Below, in pieces: positions 35,901-46,656 of a DNA stretch of 64,000 bases; the stretch's first letter is position 1, and every line of letters starts with the position of its first letter. Source of the DNA: Mobula hypostoma (taxonomy: Eukaryota); the NCBI RefSeq assembly GCF_963921235.1, contig NC_086097.1, positions 23,996,001 through 24,060,000 on the forward strand, in the 5' to 3' direction. Under the pieces are notes generated by a model, which worked only from the letters and a program-made list of their open reading frames with translations, ran no database searches and had not been told where the DNA came from. The translations under genes and the position numbers were made by a program.

Positions 35901-38299
35901 CGTGGTAGCAGTGTGGCTGATTCTGCATGGCCAGCCACTTCAAATTAAAGATCTGAAGGAAAGCTTCCCGATTCATAAAACCTCATCAAAAATCTGCTCA
36001 CAATGGAGCTTCATTTCAGCCATACACTGCCTTTGCACAAAAGTCTATTGAGAGAGGTTTAAAAATTTTATATCAAAGATGTTTGCTGCGATGAATAAGA
36101 AAAGCTGACTTATCCAAAAGACAGCAGGAACCCAGTTATACTTAGAGATGAGCTTGTGGAGAACTCCCATGATGCCCCTTTCTAATAACCCCTACTGAGC
36201 CTGAGCTGTTGGTATGATCTGTGGTAAAACGTTCCACTTGTACTTGTGAGCAAAACTCAGAGTATTTCTCTCTATTTGATATTATCTTCTGGGAGGCAAT
36301 AGATCTCACTGGGCAACTTTCTCTTTCATTCATGGCTTGGCATTGCCGGGAAAATTTCTGACAGGGATTACAAATCTAACAGAAACTGGGAAGAAAATCT
36401 TCTGCCCATGAAAAACGTCCTGGGATTTCAAGGGTTAAACAGGTTGCATGGTAGTCCCACACTACAGTGGTGGCATAGTAGCATAGTGGTTAGTGTAATG
36501 CTTTTACAGTGCTAGTGATCTTCAATGGGGGTACAATTCCAGCCACTCTCTGTAAGGAGTTTGTATGTTCTCCACGTGACTGCATAGGTTTCCTCGAGGT
36601 GGTCTGGTTTCTTCCAACATTCCAAAGATGTTGCCACGAGAGGCTGTGGAGGCCAAGACATTGGGTGTATTTAAGGCAGAGATAGATAGGTTCTTGATTA
36701 GCCAGGGCATCGAAGGACATGGGGAGAAGGCAGGGGAGTGGGGATGACTGGAAGAACTGGATCAGCCCTTGATTGGTGGAGCAGACTTGATAGGCCAAAT
36801 GGCCTACTTCTGCTCCTATATCTTTAGTCTTATGTACTGTATGGTTAGGATTAGTAATTTGTGGGCATGTACTCTGACAGTGTCTGTGAAGTTAAAAGAA
36901 CTTAATGCTTGAGGTTGATGAACTACTATGGGTCAGTAACTTAGAATGTTCGCTCTATCTCTCCCTCCACAGATGCTGAATGACCTGCTGGGTAACCCAG
37001 CATTCTCTTTATGTTTATTTCAGATTTGCCATTTATTTTCTTTTTGCTTTTCGAGAACTTCTTAAAAGTTGTGATTTTATTTTTTCACTCATTGCCTACA
37101 GATTGGCAGAAATAGATGGTGTGTCAGACTCACTTAAGTTAAACGCTACAAATACCTTGTGAATGGTAAATGTTTGGGAACTCCTTTCAGATACTAATTA
37201 ATACTTACAGATTGAATTTGATTTCTGAATAACGGGCAGAAGTGTTTGTTTTTGCAGGACTATTGACAGTGAGCCAGTATTACAGTTATGTATCTTGTTT
37301 TTATCCAAAGAAGCCTGCATTTAATTTTCCTTAGAAAAAGTACCTCATAGGTGGTGCAAGAGAAACATGGTAATTGAATTCTGGAGAGAAAATGAGCAGG
37401 GGACTGAACTGCAATTCAGATTTCAATGCCAATTGAGAGACCTGCCCCTGGAGGCCTGCCTCAATCCTGTTCTCTCATGGTCCACTCTCCTCTCCTATCA
37501 GATTATTTCCTCTTCAACCCTTTACCTTTTCTGCCTATCACCTACTCTACCCCCATCTTCATGTTCTGGCTTCTCTCCCGCTTATTTCCAGTCCTGATGA
37601 AGTGTCTTCTCTCAAAACCTCAACAAGTTTACTCCTTTCCGTAGATGCTGCCTGACCTGCTGAGATCTTAATATGTGTGTATTCCTCTGGATTTCCAGAA
37701 TCTGCAGAACCCCTTCTGCATTGTGGAAGTAATCATTTTAATTTATTTGGGAACTGGAGAGCCTATGGTATCAAGACTTTATTCACTGGAGGGTAGCATA
37801 CAGTGGGGTCATCTTATATAGATGTGTCAAATCATGAAGGGCATAGGTAGGGAGAATACACACAGTCTTTTTCCCAAGGAATGGAATCAAAACCTAGACA
37901 AATAGGTTTAAAGTTACAGGGAAAAGAGTTAACAGGGACCAGAAGGGCAAAGCTTCTCCAAGCAGAGGTTAGTCCATGTACAGAATGAGGTTCCAGTGCG
38001 AAGAGTACAGAGGGGTAGAATAATGACATTTAAAAGACATTTGGGTGGGTGTATAAATAGGACTGGTTTTCAGGAATATGGGCCAAATGTGGGCACATAG
38101 GATTAGCTTGGATGGACATTGGTATTGGTGTTGGTTTATTATTGTCACAGGTACCAAGATACAGTGAAAAGCTTGTCTTGTATACTGTTCACAGATCAAA
38201 TCATTATTGAGGGGGAACAAGGTAAAACAATAACAATGCAAAATAAAGTGTAAAAGGTACAAAATGCAGCACAGGTAAACAATAAGATGCAGGACCTTC

Positions 38300-38780
38300 G
38301 AGAGGATTCAGAGGAAGATCACAAGCATGATTTCAGGAATGAAGGGGTTATCATATGAGGAATGTTTGATGGCTCTGGGCCTGTACACCCTGGAGTTTAG
38401 AAGGATGAGGGGGGCTCTCGTTGAAACCTTCCGAATGTTGAAAGGCCAAGACATGGTAGGTGTGGAAAGGATGTTTCCCATGGTGGGGGAGTCTAGGACA
38501 AGAGGACACTGCCTCAGGATAGAAGGGCGTCCATTTGCAACAGAGATGCAGAGAAATTTCTTTAGTCGGAGGGTGGAATTTGTAACCCCAGGCAGCTGTG
38601 TTGGGTGTTTTTAAGGCGGAGCTTGATAGGTTCTTGATTGGACATGGCATCAAAGGTTACAGGGAGAAGACCAGGGAGTGGGGCTGAGGAGAGGGAAAAA
38701 AAGAATCAGCCATGATTGAATGGCAGGGCAGACTCAATGGACCAAATGGCCTAATTCTGCTCTTATATCTTATTGTCTAA
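38300..38780 (+). mobile_element. CR1 3' fragment inside a Rex-like fragment
   Basis: ORF 38327..38614 GLSYEECLMALGLYTLEFRRMRG. Confidence 0.85.
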
Positions 38781-39789
38781 GATCATAATGGAATAGACTG
38801 TGATCATACCAGAGAGCCATTTAATAGTTTTATAACAGCTGGATAAAAGCTGTCCTTGAGCCCAGTGTTAAGTGTTTTCAGACTTTTGTATCTTCTGCCC
38901 GAATAGGAGAGGGAAGTAGAGAAAATTTCCAGGATGGGTGGAGTCTTTGATTATGTTGTCTGCTTTACTGAGACAACGAGAAATATTAGACAGCGTCTAC
39001 AGCGAGGAGGGAAGTTCCTGTGATGTGCTGAGTTGTGTCCACAACTCTCTGCAGTTTCTTGCGGTCACATGTAGAGGAGTTGCCATACCAAGCTGTTATG
39101 TATCCTTGGTCAGCGTGATCAAGGTGTGCCAAAGTTCCTGTTTCCATGATGTGAGTATTGCTGTCAAAAGGCTTTTACTGTCCTCGTAATTTGTGGCAAA
39201 CAGGACCACTTCAGGGATTCTGGAGTTGTAAGGGAAAGAACAGCAAGTCACTTCCTTTCAAAGTGTGTCAGAACAGGCTCCATCCACTAACAAATATCAT
39301 AATTATCTATTCAGATCCAAAAACATAATTGAAACTCACAAAGCTATACACTCAATCATACCATATTAAAAACTAGTAAAGCTAATAGTTTTCAAACTAT
39401 TAAAAGTGAATGTGAATTCAAACCAGTACAAAAATTACAGATTTTCAAACAGTTTCAAAACTCTCCCCTGAGTCTCTTGTAGCACATCTCCTCCTTTGAG
39501 ATGAAAGTTGAAAGGAGACATGCACAATGCTAGAGCAGATTCCCGCTTTTCTACGGAATCTGCTCAAATTCTGGCTCCCACATTGACCGTCTTCATGGGT
39601 CCAGAGTTAGCAAACATTTGACTGTCACTAAATTTCCTATACATGTCTGGAAACCTTAAAGGTGTTGGAACAATACATCGGCTTTGGGATCCATCATTAT
39701 CTCATCAGCACTCCAAACCTCTGGGTTACTAATCCAATAAGTATAATTACCAACAGAGCAGTGGAGGCCTCCTAGCCAGTATTAATCCA

Positions 39790-41000
39790 CAGTTCAAAGT
39801 AAATTTATTATCAAGCTACGTATATGTCACCATATGCAATCCTGACATTCATTTTCTTGTGGGCATACTCAATAAATCCATGACAGAATAATATCCATAA
39901 TAAAATCAATGAAGGACCACACCATCTTGGGAATTCAACCAATGTGCAAAAGACGAAAAACTGTGCAAATACAAAGGGAAAGAAATAATAATAATAGTTA
40001 AATAAGCAATATATATCAAGCACATGAGATGAAGAGTCCTTGAAAGTGAATCCATAGGCTGTAGGAACAGTTCAGTGATGGGAGAAGTGAAGTTAAGTGA
40101 AGTTATCCTTTCTGGTTCAAGAACCTGATGCTTGAGGGGTAATAGCTGGTCCTGCACCTAGCAGTGTGGAACTTAAGGCTCCAGTCCCTTTTTCCTGATG
40201 GCAGCAGTGAGAAGAGAGCATGGCCTGGATAGCAAGGGGTCCCTGATGATGGATGCTGCTTTCCTGCAACAACGTTCCATGTAGATGTGCTCATTAGTGA
40301 GGGGGGCTTTACCCCTCATGAACAGGGTGGTATCCTCTACTTTTTTGTAGGATTCTCCATTCAAGGGAATTGATGGTTCCAGACCAGGCCATGATGCAAC
40401 CGGTCAATATTCAGTACTTTCCATCACACATCTACAGATATTTGTCATGGTTTTAGGTGACATGCCAAATCTTCACAAACTTCTCACTGAAGTGCTTTCT
40501 TTGTAATGACATTTGTATGCTGGACTCGGGACAGGTCCTCTGAAACAATAACACCAAGGAATTTTAAGTTGCTGACTCTCTGCACCTCAGATTCCCTGAT
40601 GAGGATTAGCTCAGGGACATCCAGTTTCCTCCTCCTGAGGTCAATTGTCAGCTCCTTGGTCTTGCTGACATTGAGTGTGAAGTTGTTGTTGTGGCACCAC
40701 ACACCCAGGTTTTCAGTCTTCCTCATTACCACCTTTGATTTGGCCTATGACGGCGGCGTCATCAGCAAACTTAAATATTGCATGGGAGCTGTGCTTAGCC
40801 ACAGAGTCATAAGCGTAAAGTAAGTAGAGCATGGCTTCGGGTGCGTCTTTGCTGATGGAGGTTACGGAAGAGATGTTGTTGCTAACCTGAATGGATTGGG
40901 GTCTGCAGGTGAAGAAATTGAAGAAATTGAGGGTCCAGTTACACAAGGAGGTATTGAGGCTACAGTCTACAAGCTTATTGATTAGTTCTAGGAGGATTTG
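39790..41000 (-). mobile_element. Rex1/Babar-like LINE, decayed 3' part
   Basis: ORFs 40713..41012 (KFADDAAVIG), 40484..40732 (LNVSKTKELTIDLRR, KFLGVIVSEDLS), 40103..40294; colinear with 111-1450. Confidence 0.88.
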
Positions 41001-41092
41001 CACTCTAAACAATGCTCTTTGCCCCCACTTCTCCTCCCATTATTGGACTATCCTTATATGTGTTCTTTCTCACCACCCCCCCCCCCAACAAC

Positions 41093-43020
41093 TTGTGGCA
41101 CCAGGATGGGAACCAGTATGACAGAGCTGAGGATGAACCAGCAGGTTTACAAATAGATGATGTAATATGTAATATGAATGTGAGGAAGAACAAGCCGATG
41201 ATTTGTTACAGGTACAGATAGAGCAAAGAGTTAAGTTGTACCACAGAGGCAAAATTCATAAGGGTGGAGAATGCAGAACACAAGATCCTGTATTTAAATG
41301 CATGTAGTATTTGGAATAAGGTGGATGAACTCATGGCACAATTGGAGATTGGTCAGTGTGACGTTGTGGGCATCACTGAGTCGTGGCTGAAAGAAGGCCA
41401 TAGTCGGGAGTTTAACATCAAGTATACTTTGTATTGAAAAGACAGGCAAGAAGGCATAGGGGGTGGTGTGGATCTATGGTAAAAGATGGAATTACGTCTT
41501 CAGAAAGAGATGACACAGGGTTGAGGAATGTCAAATTTTTGTGGGTGGAAAGAAAACACAAGGGTTAAAAAAAATTATGGGAATCATATACAGTGATATG
41601 CAAAAGTTTGGGCACCCTGCATGGCAGTACTTAGTAACACCCCCTTTGGCAAGTATCTCAGCTTGTAAACGCTTTTTGTAGCCAGCTAAGAGTCTTTCAA
41701 TTCTTGTTTGGGGGATTTTTGCCCATTCTTCCTTGCAAAAGGCTTCTAGTTCTGTGAAATTCTTGGGCCGTCTTGCATGCACTGCTCTTTTGAGGTCTAT
41801 CCACAGATTTTTGATGATATTTAGGTCGGGGGACTGTGAGGGCCATGGCAAAACTTTCAGCTTGTGCCTCTTGAGGTAGTCCATTGTGGATTTTGAGGTG
41901 TGTTTAGGATCATTATCCTGTTGTAGAAGCCATCCTCCTTTCACCTTCGGCTTTTTTTACAGACGGTGTGATGTTTCCTTCCAGAATTTGCTGGTATTTA
42001 ATTGAATTCATTCTTCCCTCTACCAGTAAATGTTCCCTGTGCCACTGGCTGCAACACAAGCCCAAAGCATGATCGATCCACTCCCATGCTTAACAGTTGG
42101 AGAGGGGTTCTTTTCATGAAATTCTGCACCTTTTTTTCTCCAAACATACCTTTGCTCATTGCAGTCAAAAAGTTCTATTCAAAAGTTTCAAAGGAACATC
42201 TAAACAAGCCTGATGCATTTTGGAAACAAGTCCTGTGGACTGATGTAGTTAAAATAGAACTTCAGTAAAAGAAACAATAGTGGAGACTATTATCTAAATG
42301 GGAAGAAAATTTAACCATCAGAGGTGCAAAGGGACTTAGGAGTCCTCGTCCAAGACTCCCAGAAGGTTAATTCACAGGTTGAGTCTGTGGTGAAGAAGGC
42401 AAAGGCAATGTTGGCATTTATTTCAAGAAGAATAAATATAAAAACAAGGAGATAATGTTGAAGCTTTATAAGTCATTAGTCATGCTGCACTTCTAGTATT
42501 GTCAATGAAGCTGGGCCCCTTATCTCTGAAAGGATGTATTGTCATCGGACAGATTCCAGAGGGGTGAACATGTGAGGGGTGCCTGGCAGCTTTGGGCCTG
42601 TACTCACTGGAATTTAGAAGAATGTGTGGGGCTCCTATTGAAACCTACCAAATGTTGAAAGGACTAGATAAGGTGAATGTGGAGAGGATATTTTCTCTGG
42701 TGGGGGTATCCAGAACTACAGGGCACAGCCTCAAAATTGAAGAGCAACCTTTTAGAACAGAAGTAAGGAGCAATTTTTTTTAGCCAAAGAGTGGTGAATC
42801 TGTGGAATGCTCTGCCACAGACTGTGGTGGAGGCCAAGTACGTGGGTATATTTAAAGTGGAAGTTGACAGATTCCTGATTGGTCAGGCAATCAAGAGTAT
42901 GGTGAGAGGGCAGGTGTATGGGGTTGAATAGGATCTGGAATCAGCCATGATGAAATGGCGGAGTGGACTCGATGGGCTAAATGGCCTAATTCTGCTCCTA
43001 TGTCTTATGGTCTTATGGTC
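41093..43020 (+). mobile_element. CR1 ORF2 remnant (APE endonuclease start + C-terminus) interrupted by Tc1 with a large internal deletion
   Basis: LYLNACSIWNKVDEL..DVVGITESWL at ~41290-41395; resumes at ~42263 in the post-RT region; CR1 tail at ~43000-43020. Confidence 0.8.
41591..42262 (-). mobile_element. Tc1/mariner DD34E transposon remnant with one end and an internal inversion
   Basis: TA|CAGTGATATGCAAAAGTTTGGGCACCC end; QQDNDPKH..WPSQSPDLNII(K)NLW..AKGGVTKY on minus; FWKQVLWTD(V) segment on plus at ~42180-42262; catalytic E changed to K. Confidence 0.93.
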
Positions 43021-43397
43021 TGGTGTGTTTATCCAGCATCTCTTTAAATGCTTTATTGGTATTCATTTTAAATACACCTTCTGCAAGTGTGCTGCACATT
43101 CTAAATCAGTGTCCAGATAAACAAGTTGCTTCTGAATTCCCTAGTGAATTTTGTTAACCGGATCATTGTGGATATAAGAGACCGCAACTGCAAAGCAAAA
43201 AGCAAACTGTTGAATTAACTAAATGGGTTAAGCAGCACTTGAAGAGAAAAATAGAGTCAGTATTTTGGACACCCTGAAAGAGTAGAGGGGAGATAGCCTC
43301 AGGTAGGGAGATTGGGGAGGAGAATGGCTGTCTCTCTATCCAAAGAGCAGCCAGCCCCAGCACAGCCACAATCTTCTCCACCATCATGGACATCTTT

Positions 43398-44680
43398 ATG
43401 GCTTTGTGCGTGGTAGGTCATGTTTGACCAATCTGTTGGAGTTTTTCGAGGAGGTTATCAGGAAAGTGGATGAAGGGAAGGCAGTGGATATTGTCTACAT
43501 GGACTTCAGTAAGGCCTTTGACAAGGTCCCGCATGGGAGGTTAGTTAGGAAAATTCAGTTGCTAGGTATACATGGAGAGGTGGTAAATTGGATTAGACAT
43601 TGGCTCGATGGAAGAAGCCAGAGAGTGGTGGTAGAGAATTGCTTCTCTGAGTGGAGGCCTGTGACTAGTGGTGTGCCACAGGGATCAGTGCTGGGTCCAT
43701 TGTTATTTGTCATCTATATCAATGATCTGGATGATAATGTGGTAAATTGGATCAGCAAGTTTGCTGATGATACAAAGATTGGAGGTGTAGTAGACAGTGA
43801 GGAAGGTTTTCAGAGCCTGCAGAGGGAATTGGACCAGCTGGAAAAATGGGCTGAAAAATGGCAGATGGGGTTTAATACTGACAAGTGTGAGGTATTGCAC
43901 ATTGGAAGGACAAACCAACGTAGAACATACAGGGTTAATGGTAAGGCACTGAGGAGTGCAGTGGAACAGAGGGATCTTGGAATACAGATACAAAATTCCC
44001 TAAAAGTGTCGTCACAGGTAGATAGGGTCGTAAAGAGAGCTTTTGGTACATTGGCCTTTATTAATCGAAGTATTGAGTATAAGAGCTGTAATGTTATGAT
44101 GAGGTTGTATAAGGCATTGGTGAGGCCGAATCTGGAGTATTGTGTTCAGTTTTGGTCACCAAATTACAGGAAGGATATAAATAAGGTTGAAAGAGTGCAG
44201 AGAAGGTTTACAAGGATGTTGCCGGGACTTGAGAAACTCAGTTACAGAGAAAGGTTGAATAGGTTAGGACTTTATTCCCTGGAGTGTAGAAGAATGAGGG
44301 GAGATTTGATAGAGGTATATAAAATTATGATGGATATAGATAGAGTGAATGCAAGCAGGCTTTTTCCACTGAGGCAAGGGGAGAAAAAAACCAGAGGACA
44401 TGGGTTAAGGGTGAGGGGGGAAAAGTTTAAAGGGAACATTAGGGGGGGCTTCTTCACACAGAGAGTGGTGGGAGTATGGAATGAGCTGCCAGACGAGGTG
44501 GTAAATGCTGGTTCTTTTGTAACATTTACGAATAAGTTGGACAGATACATGGATGGGAGGTGTATGGAGGGATATGGTCCGTGTGCAGGTCAGTGGGACT
44601 AGGCAGAAAATGGTTCGGCACAGCCAAGCAGGGCCAAAGGGCCTGTTTCTGTGCTGTAGTTTCTATGGTTTCTATGGTTT
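43398..44680 (+). mobile_element. Young 5'-truncated CR1 LINE
   Basis: Begins mid-RT (GFVRGRSCLTNL), ends (TTTCTATGG)n; splits a Rex-like fragment at CATCTTT|AAAAGG. Confidence 0.95.
43406..44602 (+). CDS. CR1 ORF2 fragment: reverse transcriptase + C-terminal domain (398 aa, open but lacking endonuclease and start)
   Basis: YMDFSKAFDKVPH, SGVPQGSVLGPLLF, KFADDTK motifs; no stops; not expected to be an autonomous gene. Confidence 0.9.
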   Translation: MRGRSCLTNLLEFFEEVIRKVDEGKAVDIVYMDFSKAFDKVPHGRLVRKIQLLGIHGEVVNWIRHWLDGRSQRVVVENCFSEWRPVTSGVPQGSVLGPLLFVIYINDLDDNVVNWISKFADDTKIGGVVDSEEGFQSLQRELDQLEKWAEKWQMGFNTDKCEVLHIGRTNQRRTYRVNGKALRSAVEQRDLGIQIQNSLKVSSQVDRVVKRAFGTLAFINRSIEYKSCNVMMRLYKALVRPNLEYCVQFWSPNYRKDINKVERVQRRFTRMLPGLEKLSYRERLNRLGLYSLECRRMRGDLIEVYKIMMDIDRVNASRLFPLRQGEKKTRGHGLRVRGEKFKGNIRGGFFTQRVVGVWNELPDEVVNAGSFVTFTNKLDRYMDGRCMEGYGPCAGQWD

Positions 44681-46437
44681 AAAAGGTGGCGCTTCCAAAA
44701 GACAGCATCCCTCCCTCAGGACCTTCACCAAATGTGACATGCTGATTTCTCATTACCACCGTTGGTTTGGAGGTACAGGAGCCTGATGATCCACATTCAG
44801 TGTTTTATGAACAACTTCTTCCCCTCCACCATCAGATTTCTGAATGGTCCATGAACACTAGTTCACCATTCCTCTTTTGCATCATTCATTTATCTATCTA
44901 TCTATCTAATTACCTTTCTAGCTACCAATCTAATTGTCTAATTATCTATTTACTTACTCTATTTATTTACTTGTTTATTTACTTATTTACTCTAACATAG
45001 TGATTTGTATGTCCTGCACTGAACTGCCACCATAATACAGTAAATTTTATGACATATGTCATTGATAGTAAACTTAATACTGATTTTCATCTCTCCTCTA
45101 TTCTTTCCTGAACCGCCGCCTGTCTTGTCTGCTCCATAGATGCTGCCTGACCTGCTGAGTTGCTCCAGCAGTTTGTTTCTTCTTGGATTGATAACTAACT
45201 ATCTGATGTCTATGGCCCCAAATACTCCTCTCTCTCACAAGTGGGAACACCGTCCCTGTAGTCTATCCAATCAAACCCTTTTACAATGGTACAGATATGT
45301 ATGAGATGACAAGATTAGTCTTCCCTTCAGTGCAAGATATTACAAAGCCCAGGCATCCGAAAGGTTATAATCTCTCAATTTTGCACCTTCTGTGCTTTGA
45401 CGTCCTTTGGGTAGCATGGAGAGCGAACTACTCTTGTCACTTAAAGTGCAGTTTATCATCCAGTCACGGTTCTCTGCAAGTTTAATATTCCTTCTCCGCT
45501 TTTCATTTCTATTGAGTCAAATGTCCTCCCGCGAAATAATCATTTTTTATTACTTACAATTTGGTTTGATTTTTCTTTGTGATTTGATGACGGAATGGCA
45601 ATGTTGCTGGGAGAATTGGTTTTTCCTGCCTGCGGGAATGTGATGAAAAACTTTGCACTTCTTACCTTAGGGAACAATAGGCAGAAGGGCTGGATGCTGG
45701 AACTGCAACCCCCACCCACCCCCCCCCCCCAGCCCAATGCACGGCCTCAGAAACAAACGAGAACTGCCAAAGTGAGTGCATCTCCATAAACTGTGTTTGT
45801 GTGATATCTCTGCTTTACTTTCCAATACACGAAGGCTCCGCAGAGACCCAGTATCAACATTTTCAGGGTGGTTTCTGTCAAGTTTGTCTGAAGAGTTTTT
45901 TTTTGTTTTGGCAATGATTAAGTAGTTACTCCGTGCCAGCTTGGAGGCGGACGGAGGGAGGATAACACTTCCCTGGCAGGGTGTCACAGTGCTGCTGGAA
46001 AACAGTCTGATCCAGGGCTGCAATAGGAATTAATCAAGTGGAAGATGGTTTGTTTTAGTTGTACAGTGTAATATAAATTGCTACCTCACTTCAGCCCAGA
46101 ATACAGGATTTTCGTCACTTCGACACAAATAACATCTGTGACTCTTATTTCGTATTTGCTGCACTCCTCGCTTTTCCTGATTGGGAGGGGATTGGATGTG
46201 ATGTGTGGGGGGTGTGGACAGAGGAACAATTTGTTGAGAGAGGCAGTGTCCGTTTGCAATGTAAGCGTAACCGCCTTCCATTGATGCAGAGGAATGGCTG
46301 AAGAAGAGGACTATAAGACATGGAGGCAGAATTAGTCCATCTGGCCAATCAAGTCTGCTCCTCAATTTGATCACGGCTGATTTATTATACCTACCCGACC
46401 TGTTCTCCTTCCTTCTCCCCGTAACCTTTGACACCTT

Positions 46438-46656
46438 TGTAGCGATGTACTACACACAGAGCTAGAAAAAACGACACGCAGTCTGTAAGTCGCACTCGAG
46501 ACTCGTTTATTCAAAGTTCGCGGCACTGGCTTCTAAGCAGTTCCCTTCCAGCCCTCTCCGGGCAGAAATGAGGTCAGAGGTGCATTACAAAAGTCTCTCC
46601 CCGCACGCGGGCTATTTTGTGAGCCGGTTCACTTGTGTAGAAAGTGGGTCACTACA
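46438..46656 (-). mobile_element. Short solo LTR (219 bp) inserted in a CR1 3' UTR
   Basis: TGTAGCGA...TCACTACA (7/8 inverted match); flanks ACCTT/CCCTT; minus-strand AATAAA at ~46506-46511; CpG-rich; host CR1 continues on both sides. Confidence 0.8.

Noticed and set aside
39533..39565. Perfect 11-bp hairpin GAGCAGATTCC/GGAATCTGCTC
   Set aside because: One such stem is near chance expectation in 64 kb and is too short for a pre-miRNA; no other support.
41531..41944. Functional Tc1 transposase
   Set aside because: Fragment only; catalytic E replaced by K, N-terminus deleted or inverted, stop lost.
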